Shown piece by piece: positions 9,941-18,685 of a stretch of 64,000 nt of DNA. Under the pieces are notes generated by a model that saw nothing but the letters and a program-made list of their open reading frames with translations, ran no database searches and was not told the origin of the DNA. A program made the translations under genes and the position numbers. Every line of letters begins with the position of its first letter. The stretch's first letter is position 1. This stretch comes from Candidatus Omnitrophota bacterium (GTDB lineage: Bacteria; Omnitrophota; Gorgyraeia; B26-G9): assembly GCA_018817585.1 (NCBI GenBank), contig JAHITE010000080.1, positions 5,774-69,773 on the forward strand. The letters run 5' to 3'.

Positions 9941-11278
9941 ATGGCAAATAAAAAACAATCAAAACTCAAAATAAAAGTAAGGGCTATTCAGAAAAAAGCG
10001 AAAAAGCCTATATCTAAAAATAGCGCTTTTAAAGCGGAACGACGGAATTTTTCAAGACGGGCTTTTGACAAAATTAAAACTAATGCGAAAATGGGAAAGA
10101 CGGTTCTCCGGCAAGCGCGTGAGTTAAAGCTTAAAAACGGGCAGATAAAGAAATGGGTAGAGAGGAATGATCTGGCTGAGGAGCAGGTTTACATTCTTAC
10201 CAAGGCCATGGAATCAGCCGTGGACGGAATTTTTCTTATTGACGCGCGGAAACCGGATTATCCTATTGTTTATACTAATAAATCGTTTCAGAAGATGACT
10301 GGTTACACAAAAAATGAAATTTTGGAAAAAAATTATTTCTTATTCTACGGAGTTGAGGCCAATCCTCTTATTATCAAGAAAATAAAGCGCGCTATGCTTA
10401 AAGGGAAATCTTTTCACGGAGAAGTGCTTAATTTGAATAAGGCTGAAAAAAAATGCTGGAATTCATTGCGCCTTTCTCCGGTACCTGATTTAAAAGGGGA
10501 GGTTACTCATTATGTAGGGATCAAGACAGATCTCACCTTGATGAGGCAGAGAGAATTAAAGATCGAAGAGCAGCGCCATGAGCTTTTGCACGTAACCAGG
10601 GTGGGAAAACTCGCGGAATTTGTTTCTTCTTTAGCGCATGAGATCAGCCAGCCGCTTACGTCTATTCTTTCTTACGCGCAGGCGGCTCAACGTATGCTTA
10701 ATGGCAAAGAGCCTAAGCTAAAGGATATATTGCAGTACATTATTAATGATGACCAGCGGGCGGCCGCGGTTATTCAGCGCATGCGTTTGCTTTTAAAGAA
10801 GGGTATTTCGGAAATGAAACCGCTTGACATCAATACTCTTATTAATGATACAGTTATACTTATTGCTACTGATGCCGCAGTAAGGCACGATGTCTTAAAG
10901 CTCGAGCTTGAAAAGAACCTTCCGCTTATCCGCGGTGACCATATACAGCTGCAGCAGGTTATCCTGAATCTTATCAGTAATAGTTTCGATGCTCTGGATA
11001 ACGCGCCGCAGGTCCGGGAGATAATGATCAGTACATCGCGGAAGGATAATGTGATTATTGTTGAAATTCGGGATACAGGATGCGGGATACCAGTGAAGAA
11101 TCTTCCTAAGCTTTTCACCCGGTTTTTTACGAGTAAACAGGATGGGCTGGGCATGGGATTGTCTATCAGCCGCTCTATTGTTGAGTTTCATGGCGGGAAA
11201 TTGGATGTTAAAAATAATCCTAGCGGCGGGGCAATTTTTTATTTTTCCCTTCCTATCAAGAAAAAAGCCAGAGTATGA
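9941..11278 (+). CDS. PAS-domain sensor histidine kinase (HisKA + HATPase_c) with a Lys-rich N-terminus
   Basis: PAS segment (IDARKPDYPIVYTNKSFQKMTGY), H-box (SLAHEISQPLTS), N/G boxes (ISNSFDAL, GLGMGLSISRSIVEFHGGKL). The ORF track uses TTG at 9920. ATG at 9941 is preferred. Confidence 0.85.
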   Translation: MANKKQSKLKIKVRAIQKKAKKPISKNSAFKAERRNFSRRAFDKIKTNAKMGKTVLRQARELKLKNGQIKKWVERNDLAEEQVYILTKAMESAVDGIFLIDARKPDYPIVYTNKSFQKMTGYTKNEILEKNYFLFYGVEANPLIIKKIKRAMLKGKSFHGEVLNLNKAEKKCWNSLRLSPVPDLKGEVTHYVGIKTDLTLMRQRELKIEEQRHELLHVTRVGKLAEFVSSLAHEISQPLTSILSYAQAAQRMLNGKEPKLKDILQYIINDDQRAAAVIQRMRLLLKKGISEMKPLDINTLINDTVILIATDAAVRHDVLKLELEKNLPLIRGDHIQLQQVILNLISNSFDALDNAPQVREIMISTSRKDNVIIVEIRDTGCGIPVKNLPKLFTRFFTSKQDGLGMGLSISRSIVEFHGGKLDVKNNPSGGAIFYFSLPIKKKARV

Positions 11279-11287
11279 CTATTCTCA

Positions 11288-11429
11288 AGACGATAATTTA
11301 TGTTGCGGAGTCTCACTTCAAATAATTAAGGTCTACCGCGGCCGGGTAATGAATAAAATGCAGGCCAAAATCGTGTCCGAGCTTATCCGTTTTGCCCAAA
11401 AAGCAGGCATTACTCCCTCTAAAAGTTAA
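11288..11429 (+). pseudogene. remnant of a FixJ/NarL-type response regulator: only the last ~40 aa of the LuxR HTH
   Basis: ...VSLQIIKVYRGRVMNKMQAKIVSELIRFAQKAG closely matches the FixJ C-terminus (ISPRTVEVHRANVMAKMKAKSLPHLVRMA). No receiver domain lies upstream, because the region is occupied by the complete histidine kinase. Confidence 0.5.
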
Positions 11430-11503
11430 TTTCTTCAAAGATAATATTTATTCAAACCTCTTCAAAATCGCACAAAACATAATCTACCGCAAAATTCGGG
11501 ATG

Positions 11504-11547
11504 TATACCCAGGTACAATTGATTAAAATTTTTATTTCGCGCATAAT
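11504..11547 (+). promoter_or_regulatory. palindromic operator (tatacccaggtaca) abutting a sigma70-like promoter (-35 ttgatt, 17 bp spacer, -10 cataat)
   Basis: Copy 1 of a module repeated at 15563 and 18607 (see findings). Confidence 0.5.
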
Positions 11548-11820
11548 AATACTAGAGGTATTGTAAGTAAAAACTATGGACATTAAAAAATATCAAAATA
11601 AAAGGTTTTCGGCTGGGTGCTGTTTGGCAAGCGTTAATAATTGCCACAATATTAACAAGTTTATTTGCTTTTATAAGTTTTAAATGGTGGGTTTTTAGAA
11701 CCTTGCCCCATACGAATACGCGCCTAAGAGGAAAAAACCGCCGATTGATATTCAATTATCCGGGTTTATATACTTGAGAGTTCTTCCGGGAACTAATTCC
11801 ACTGAATTGAAAGCGGTAGA

Positions 11821-14800
11821 ATGACTATGAAGATTTTAATGATGACAAACACTTATACTCCCATGGTTGGAGGAATAGAACAATCTATTCATTCCTTTAC
11901 TCTTGAGTTTGAAAAATTGGGCCATGAAGTTGTTATTGTCGCGCCTGAATGCGCGGGCGCGCCGCCTGATGAGGTTGGGGTGATACGCCTGCGCGCGATT
12001 CAAAAATTCAACCATTCAAATTTTTCCATTGCTTTACCGATGTCGAGTCTTTTACCGGAACTTATGAAAAAGTTTATGCCGGATATTATTCATTGCCACC
12101 ACCCTTTCTGGATGGGGGATATTGCCCTGCGGTTAAGCAGCCAATCCCGTGTTCCGCTGGTGTTTACTTATCATACGATGTTTGAACAGCATATGCATTA
12201 TCTGCCGATTCCAAATGAAGGGATTAAGCATTTTATCATTGAACTTTTTGCCGGTTACGCTAATTTGGCGAATCAGGTGATTGTGCCCAGCGAAAGTGTC
12301 CGCGCTATACTTTTAAACCGCGGGGTCAAAACCCCGATAGAAGTGGTCCCGACCGGAGTGGACCTGCGAAAATTTTCTCAAGGAGATGGAAATATTATCC
12401 GTAAACGCTTGGGTATCCCTTTAAATGCCGTTGTGGCCGGGTGTGTCAGCAGGCTGGTTTTAGAAAAAAATTTAGAATTCTTGAGCCGCAGTGTTGCTGG
12501 TTACTTAAAGAAAGAAAGTAAAGCGCACTTTTTATTGGTTGGAGAAGGGCCGCTTAAGGATCTGATCAAGAAAATCTATAAGGAGGAAGGAGCAGAGAAA
12601 AGGCTGCATCTGACCGGAGTGCTTAAGGGACAGGACCTGGTTGATTGTTATCACGCGATGGATATTTTTACTTTCGCTTCTTTAAGTGAGACGCAGGGGA
12701 TTGTTTTGGTTGAAGCGATGGCTGCCGGAGTTCCGGTTGTGGCTGTTGATGCTCCCGGCATTCGTGAAGTTGTTAAAGATGGTTACAATGGCCGGTTGAT
12801 ATTCGGAGAAAACCAAGACAATTTTTCAAAAGCGGTAGCGTGGTGCCTTAACCAGCCTCCTGGTGAATTCAAGCGGATGAAGGAAAATGCCAAAGCGACA
12901 ACAAAAGAATTCACCGCGGATCTTTGCGCTAAAAAGATGCTTAAGGTTTATCAGGATGTTATGATCAAAGAATACGTTTCTTCGGACCTCAAAAATAGTG
13001 CCTGGGAATCTCTGTCCGGACGGCTAAAGAGTGAGTGGGGGATGTTTAAAAATATGATGCAGGCAGGAGGCGCGGCCATAACAGAAAAGGCAATTTTAAG
13101 GGAACCTATTATTAAGAAAAGAAAAAGAGGGTTAGCCAATCTGCCTAAACTGTTATCTTTGAGTGAATGGTCAGCAAAACTTATGAGGCTATCTTTTTCG
13201 GAAGAGTCAGAAACTCAGCCGGGGTTAGTTTTTATACAAATTGATGGCTTGTCACAAGCTCAGCTTAAAAAAGCAATTAAAAACAATCAAATGCCTTTTC
13301 TTCACGGCCTTATTAAAAAAAAATATTATAAAATTTATCCTCAATATTCCGGGTTACCTTCAAGTACTCCGTCAGTTCAGGGTGAATTATTTTATGGCAT
13401 TAAACACATTGTTCCGGCATTCTCATTTTTCGACAAAAAAGCTCATAAAGTATTTAAAATGTATGACAGTGATGCGGTAGTTGAAATTGAGAGAAGACTT
13501 TCGGAACAGGGAGTCGGCCTTTTAAAAGACGGCAGTTCATATTCTAATATATATTCCGGGGGAGCGCGGGAAACACATTTTTGTGCCGCATTTTTAGGCT
13601 GGAGCCGGATATGGAAGGATGTTAACCCGAATAGCTTTTTTATTTTAATAGTAACTCACTTCTACGTGTTTTTAAGGATGCTGGTTTTAATATCTTGGGA
13701 AATTATTTTAGGAATTTTTGATTTTGGCAGAGATATTTTTAAAAAAAATAATTTTATTGATGAATTAAAATTTATTTATCTGCGTTCACTTATTTGTATA
13801 CATCTTAGAGAATTGGTTTCTTTGGGTGCTAAAATTGATATCGCGCGCGGATTGCCGATTATTTATTTAAATTTTTTAGGTTATGATGAAAACGCGCATC
13901 ATAGCGGGCCTTCATCGCGAGTTGCGCATTGGGCTTTAAAAGGGATAGATCGAGCTATTGAAAAGATCTATTATAATGCTATGCATTCACCTTGCCGCAG
14001 CTATGATATCTGGATCTGTTCTGACCATGGACAGGAGGATTCCATTTCATACATTAGCAAATATGGCAGGACAGTTCAGGAAGCTGTCGCGGAAGTTTTT
14101 AGAGAATTTGATACAACGATTGAAGGTGTTACTTTTGATAAAAATGGAGAACAGCTGCAGCGCGCCCGTTTATTGGGGTTTTTTTATGTTGAAAAAAAAT
14201 TTAGTAACGCGAATTTTGTCCAGGATAATTCTTTGGATAATAAGCTTGTAGTTACAGCTATCGGCCCGACGGGAAATATTTATTTGCCAAGAGAAATGAA
14301 TAATGTTGATAAACATTATTTCGCGAAAGCATTGGTAGCGAAAGCTAAAATTCCTGTTGTTATGCTGCCAAAAGAGCAGGGGCAAGTCTGTGTCTGGACA
14401 GAAGAAGGCGAATTTAATTTACCTAAGGATGCTAAGAAAATTTTAGGAGATGATCACCCGTTCTTATCTCAGGCAACAGAAGACTTAATTAGTATTTGTC
14501 ATCATGCTAACACAGGAGATTTTACTTTTATGGGATTTAAACCTGGGGCAAAAGAATTGATTACTTTTCCGTTGGAAAAAGGTTCTCATGCTGGGCCTGC
14601 CCCAGAAGAAACGAATGCTTTTGCGTTACTTCCGGTTGATGTTATTCCTAGGCAGAGAAAGAGAACGTATTTAACCCCGACGGATTTGCATTTCGCGGCA
14701 CTGCGATTTCTAAAACGCCCGATGCCGCAAGCGGGCAAACAATACTTTGACAATTTGATCCGCGAAAAATTTGAGGCTGCTCCGAAAACAATTCGGGTCA

Positions 14801-15534
14801 TGACTTATAATGCGCACTCTTGTATTGGACTGGATGGTAAAATTTCACCGGAAAGGATTGCCCGCGTTATTGGGCGGCATGAGCCGGATATTGTGGCGCT
14901 TCAAGAACTGGATATGTGGCGTAAACGTACCGGTGAAGTGGACCAACCGCATCTGATCGCTAAAGAATTAGAGATGATATATCATTTTCACCCCTCTGTG
15001 GTTGTTGATGAGGAGCGCTACGGCAATGCTGTGTTAAGCCGCTATCCAATGGAGTTAATGCGTGCAGGGAGGCTGCCTGGTACTATCAAAATCTCCATGG
15101 CGGAACCTCGAGGAGTTATTTGGACAGTTATAAGCATTGCGGGGATAAGGATAAATTTTTTTAACACGCATCTTGGGCTTTTCCCTCGGGAAAGGATTCG
15201 TCAAGCAAAGGCTTTGCTTGGTTCGGAATGGATAGCGCATCCGGTTTGCCATGGCCCGGTTATTTTGTGCGGGGATTTTAACGCTTTGCCTAATTCGCGG
15301 TTATGCCGTACAGTAAAGGAGTTTTTTCGAGATGCTCAAGAAGAACTTGAACATCACAGCCCCAAAGCGACTTGGTCTAGTTATTACCCCGTCGGAAGGA
15401 TTGATCATGTTTTTATCAGCCCTGAAATCGAGGTGACTCGAGTGGAAGTCTCTAGGACAGACCTGGATAAAATCGCTTCAGATCACCTTCCGCTGATTGT
15501 TGACATAAAAATCAGGTTACCAAAGAACGAATAA
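11821..15534 (+). CDS. tri-domain enzyme: GT4 glycosyltransferase + alkaline-phosphatase-superfamily phosphodiesterase/phosphotransferase + EEP phosphodiesterase
   Basis: N-terminus: GT4 (GT-B) motifs (TNTYTPMVGGIEQ, ETQGIVLVEAMAAGVPVVAVD). Middle: AP-superfamily metal-site motifs (VFIQIDGLS...SSTPSVQGE...YDENAHHSGPSS) with an embedded hydrophobic segment. C-terminus: EEP fold (VMTYNAHS...VALQELD...GDFNALPNS...IDHVFIS). Confidence 0.8.
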   Translation: MTMKILMMTNTYTPMVGGIEQSIHSFTLEFEKLGHEVVIVAPECAGAPPDEVGVIRLRAIQKFNHSNFSIALPMSSLLPELMKKFMPDIIHCHHPFWMGDIALRLSSQSRVPLVFTYHTMFEQHMHYLPIPNEGIKHFIIELFAGYANLANQVIVPSESVRAILLNRGVKTPIEVVPTGVDLRKFSQGDGNIIRKRLGIPLNAVVAGCVSRLVLEKNLEFLSRSVAGYLKKESKAHFLLVGEGPLKDLIKKIYKEEGAEKRLHLTGVLKGQDLVDCYHAMDIFTFASLSETQGIVLVEAMAAGVPVVAVDAPGIREVVKDGYNGRLIFGENQDNFSKAVAWCLNQPPGEFKRMKENAKATTKEFTADLCAKKMLKVYQDVMIKEYVSSDLKNSAWESLSGRLKSEWGMFKNMMQAGGAAITEKAILREPIIKKRKRGLANLPKLLSLSEWSAKLMRLSFSEESETQPGLVFIQIDGLSQAQLKKAIKNNQMPFLHGLIKKKYYKIYPQYSGLPSSTPSVQGELFYGIKHIVPAFSFFDKKAHKVFKMYDSDAVVEIERRLSEQGVGLLKDGSSYSNIYSGGARETHFCAAFLGWSRIWKDVNPNSFFILIVTHFYVFLRMLVLISWEIILGIFDFGRDIFKKNNFIDELKFIYLRSLICIHLRELVSLGAKIDIARGLPIIYLNFLGYDENAHHSGPSSRVAHWALKGIDRAIEKIYYNAMHSPCRSYDIWICSDHGQEDSISYISKYGRTVQEAVAEVFREFDTTIEGVTFDKNGEQLQRARLLGFFYVEKKFSNANFVQDNSLDNKLVVTAIGPTGNIYLPREMNNVDKHYFAKALVAKAKIPVVMLPKEQGQVCVWTEEGEFNLPKDAKKILGDDHPFLSQATEDLISICHHANTGDFTFMGFKPGAKELITFPLEKGSHAGPAPEETNAFALLPVDVIPRQRKRTYLTPTDLHFAALRFLKRPMPQAGKQYFDNLIREKFEAAPKTIRVMTYNAHSCIGLDGKISPERIARVIGRHEPDIVALQELDMWRKRTGEVDQPHLIAKELEMIYHFHPSVVVDEERYGNAVLSRYPMELMRAGRLPGTIKISMAEPRGVIWTVISIAGIRINFFNTHLGLFPRERIRQAKALLGSEWIAHPVCHGPVILCGDFNALPNSRLCRTVKEFFRDAQEELEHHSPKATWSSYYPVGRIDHVFISPEIEVTRVEVSRTDLDKIASDHLPLIVDIKIRLPKNE

Positions 15535-15562
15535 GGCTATTGGCATGGAGAAATTATATATT

Positions 15563-15605
15563 ATACCCAGGTACAATTGATATGATCACGCGGTTTTATT
15601 AAAAT
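15563..15605 (+). promoter_or_regulatory. palindromic operator (tatacccaggtaca) + promoter (-35 ttgata, 17 bp, -10 taaaat), copy 2
   Basis: Same 20-mer as at 11504. Located 25-65 bp upstream of the DUF2934 gene. Confidence 0.5.
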
Positions 15606-15629
15606 AAAATTAGAAGTAAGAAGAGAGAG

Positions 15630-15860
15630 ATGGTGATTGTAAAAAAGGAAGGGACTAAAATGATCTTAAATAAAACACAAATTGGCAAAAGAAAAAGAAT
15701 CGAAAAAAAAGCATTTGAGTTATTTGAAAAAAGAGGATATTCGCAGGGAAACGATTTGGATGATTGGTTTAAGGCGGAACAGCTTGTGCAAATGGAAAAT
15801 GCGGAGAATATTAAATTAGTTTATGAGAAGGTAAAAAAAGTAAGGAAAGGCTTTGTGTGA
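15630..15860 (+). CDS. DUF2934 family small protein
   Basis: ...IEKKAFELFEKRGYSQGNDLDDWFKAEQ matches the DUF2934 signature (AYxLWExRG...G.DLEDWL.AE). The start could be the internal Met at 15660. Confidence 0.6.
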   Translation: MVIVKKEGTKMILNKTQIGKRKRIEKKAFELFEKRGYSQGNDLDDWFKAEQLVQMENAENIKLVYEKVKKVRKGFV

Positions 15861-16014
15861 TTTGTATAATCGCCGCACAAACAGAACATAAGATAAGAAA
15901 GCCAGTAACCTTGACTGTCAATGGCTACATGTGCGGTGTTAAAAGTTTTTAAAGAAGGGGTTTATGAGTTTTGCGCATGGTATAGAATTTTAAGTGAACG
16001 CTTGAATAAAAAAT

Positions 16015-16575
16015 ATGGGGAAGGATGGAGAACTAATGGCAAATCCTTTGTCTAATGAAAAAGAAATTTATGAATACATAAAAATCAAAGGGAGTGTTGT
16101 GCCCCAGCCGGCTTGGGATTTTATGTACCGTCGAGTCGGTGATAATGTAACCGCGATTATCCTCCTTTGCCGGCATTGGCTGGCAAAGAAAGAATTTATG
16201 CCGGTTCAGGAAGCAAAGAGAATTATAAACTGGATCAACGATATGAAAAACGTGGTCAGCTTGATAACCGCGCCCTCAAAAGAGAACTCGTTTTTCCCCC
16301 AATTTGATGATTTCATTCCGCTTGACCCAATTGCACAAGAACTGATTAATCCTTACGTTGGAAGTGATGTGGTTATTATGGAGTCAGCCATAGAGGCGGT
16401 AATGCTTGCCTCTGCTAATCCTGCTCCGGTTTCGCCGGAAATCACGCAAAAGGTTCTGAATCACGCTCAAGCGATGAAAGAGTTTATGGAAAAAATTAAA
16501 GATTTAACCCGTGGAAAGAATCCGAGGGAAAATACCGCAATCTATACGATTCGTTTAGTGACGGATTGTTTCTAA
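16015..16575 (+). CDS. hypothetical N-terminal domain ORF, probably the 5' part of the downstream PAS-GGDEF-HD-GYP gene separated by a frameshift
   Basis: No recognisable domain. Frame +2 relative to this ORF reads a PAS N-cap (EGKYRNLYDSFSDGLFLTDLKG) that continues into the next gene without an ATG. Confidence 0.45.
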   Translation: MGKDGELMANPLSNEKEIYEYIKIKGSVVPQPAWDFMYRRVGDNVTAIILLCRHWLAKKEFMPVQEAKRIINWINDMKNVVSLITAPSKENSFFPQFDDFIPLDPIAQELINPYVGSDVVIMESAIEAVMLASANPAPVSPEITQKVLNHAQAMKEFMEKIKDLTRGKNPRENTAIYTIRLVTDCF

Positions 16576-18584
16576 CTGATTTGAAAGGTAGTTTTATCGA
16601 TATGAATCAGGCTTGTCTGGATATGTTTGGTTATACCAAGGAAGAAATCAAATTGCATAAGATTATTGATACGATTAGTGACGGTATAACTGTTTCCGAT
16701 ATGCAGGGCCAGTTTATGGTATTCAATGAGAAAATGCGGGAAATTAGCGGATATACTATAGACGAAGTAAACCGGCAAAAAGACTTTGATGTTCTTATTC
16801 ATCCTCAGAGTAAGGATCATCAAGAAGTGCTTAAAAGGCTAAACGAAATTTTTTCACAAGGCACAACGCGCGAAACTCAAACGACGATTCAGGCAAAGGA
16901 CGGTTCGGAAAAAACACTTTTGGTATCAACGGCTTTATTTAATTATAAAAATCGCGATATGTTTTTAAGTGTCTGGCGCGATATCACTGAGCGCAAGCGG
17001 TTAGAGAATGTGCTGAATGATTCGGAAATTCGCTTTCGCCGGCTTTTTGAAACAGCCCAAGACGGGATATTGATAATGGAGGAGGATACCGGCCAAATAA
17101 CTGAAGTTAATCCATTTTTGGTTGATATGCTGGGGTATTCCCGCGAGGAGCTCTTGGGGAAAAAACTATGGGAAGTAGGCGCTTTTGTGGATGTTGATAA
17201 AAGCAAAACAGCATTTATTCATTTACAAAGCAAGGGATATATCCGTTATGAAAATTTACCGCTTCAGGCCAAAGACGGCCATTTGGTTAGTGTAGAGTTT
17301 ATCAGTAACAGCTATAGAGTTGGGCGCAAGAAAGTTATTCAATGTAATATTCGCAATATAACCGAGCGCAGACGTTTGGAGATAGCGCGAGAGTATTTGC
17401 ATAATGAAATAGAAAAATCAAACCAGAAATTGGAACAGTTAGCCCTAAAGGATTCACATACCGGCCTTTATAACCATCGCTATCTTAAAGAGGCGCTTGA
17501 AGTGAATCTTGCCCGGGCACAGAGACAGTTTGCCCCGGTTTCCGTAATAATGATGGATATGGATCATTTTAAGTCAATAAACGATGTATACGGACATGTG
17601 TTTGGCGATTTGATATTAACGCAGTTTGCCGCCCGGCTGACTAAAACTGTCCGCCCTTATGATGCGGTTATTCGTTATGGCGGCGAAGAATTTATTGTAG
17701 TATCTCCTGATCTGGATAGAGCGGGCGCTTTAGTCTTAGCTCAAAGAATCCTAAAAACGGTCAGCTTATTTCCTTTTGGCGATAGTACCCATTCAATCAA
17801 GCTAACGTTAAGCTTAGCGGTTGTTTCTTATCCGGAAGATGTTATAGATATAAACACGGATTTAGTAGATCCTGTCGACCGGATCTTGAATAAGGCCAAA
17901 GAAGACGGCGGTAACAGGGTATATTCATCTTTGGACACAAAAAATGGGTCTGTTACAGCCCGGGAAACCGCGACAATACAGTTAATTAAGAAAAAAATAG
18001 AGAAACTTGCTGTCCGGGCAAACCATAGTTTAATTGAAGAGGCTTTGGCATTTGCCAGGAAAATAAAATTAAAGGACAACTATAACGGCGAGCAGGTGGA
18101 ACGAACCGCTGGTTGGGCAGTTAAAATTTCTCGGGCATTGCATTTTTCTAAAGATAAAATAGAGCTTATTCGGCAAGCGGCAATGCTGCATGATTTGGGA
18201 AAAGCCGGGATTAATGAGCATATATTGCGTAAAAATTCCAAGCTGGACACAGAAGAATTCGAAGAAATTAAAAAACACCCTCAAATAGGTGTGGACATTA
18301 TAAGTCCGATTCATTCTTTGTATCCGATAAAACCATTTCTTCTTTATCATCATGAACGATGGGACGGGAAAGGGTATCCCAAAGGATTGGCTGGGGAGAG
18401 TATCCCTTTAGGGGCCAGGATCATTGCCATCGCGGATGTATATCAAGCATTGGTTTCCAATCGTCCTTACCGCAAGGCTTATTCCAAAGAAAATGCTGTA
18501 AAAATAATAAGAAAAGCCGCAGGTACTCAATTTGATCCGGATATTGTAAAGGCATGTTTAATGGTTTTAAAGAACGAGTTATAA
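16566..18584 (+). CDS. PAS-PAS-PAS-GGDEF-HD-GYP c-di-GMP turnover protein (coordinates as given by the ORF track; the true 5' end probably lies upstream)
   Basis: GGDEF (RYGGEEF), HD-GYP (HDLGKAG, HHERWDGKGYP) and several PAS segments. TTG start at 16566. The in-frame upstream sequence back to 16500 still encodes a PAS N-cap. Confidence 0.85.
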   Translation: MFLTDLKGSFIDMNQACLDMFGYTKEEIKLHKIIDTISDGITVSDMQGQFMVFNEKMREISGYTIDEVNRQKDFDVLIHPQSKDHQEVLKRLNEIFSQGTTRETQTTIQAKDGSEKTLLVSTALFNYKNRDMFLSVWRDITERKRLENVLNDSEIRFRRLFETAQDGILIMEEDTGQITEVNPFLVDMLGYSREELLGKKLWEVGAFVDVDKSKTAFIHLQSKGYIRYENLPLQAKDGHLVSVEFISNSYRVGRKKVIQCNIRNITERRRLEIAREYLHNEIEKSNQKLEQLALKDSHTGLYNHRYLKEALEVNLARAQRQFAPVSVIMMDMDHFKSINDVYGHVFGDLILTQFAARLTKTVRPYDAVIRYGGEEFIVVSPDLDRAGALVLAQRILKTVSLFPFGDSTHSIKLTLSLAVVSYPEDVIDINTDLVDPVDRILNKAKEDGGNRVYSSLDTKNGSVTARETATIQLIKKKIEKLAVRANHSLIEEALAFARKIKLKDNYNGEQVERTAGWAVKISRALHFSKDKIELIRQAAMLHDLGKAGINEHILRKNSKLDTEEFEEIKKHPQIGVDIISPIHSLYPIKPFLLYHHERWDGKGYPKGLAGESIPLGARIIAIADVYQALVSNRPYRKAYSKENAVKIIRKAAGTQFDPDIVKACLMVLKNEL

Positions 18585-18606
18585 ATTTACGACGCTGTTG
18601 TTCTAT

Positions 18607-18650
18607 TATACCTAGGTATAATTGATTTAATTTTTTGTCGCGCCTATAAT
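18607..18650 (+). promoter_or_regulatory. perfect 14-bp palindrome (tatacctaggtata) + promoter (-35 ttgatt, 17 bp, -10 tataat), copy 3
   Basis: Same module as copies 1 and 2. Here the palindrome is perfect and the -10 is consensus. Confidence 0.55.
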
Positions 18651-18685
18651 GAACTTAAAGGTAAGAGAAGGAATATAGGGAGCAA

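Noticed and set aside
11142-11429. 95-aa ORF-track entry overlapping the 3' end of the histidine kinase.
   Set aside because: Only the last ~40 codons (after the kinase stop) look like genuine coding sequence (a LuxR HTH remnant). The N-terminal part is an out-of-frame read of the kinase gene.
11576-11683. 35-codon Cys-rich ORF (MDIKKYQNKRFSAGCCLASVNNCHNINKFICFYKF) downstream of the first palindrome-promoter module.
   Set aside because: No RBS and a low-complexity composition. Its position relative to the predicted TSS is plausible but there is no further support, so it is not called as a gene.
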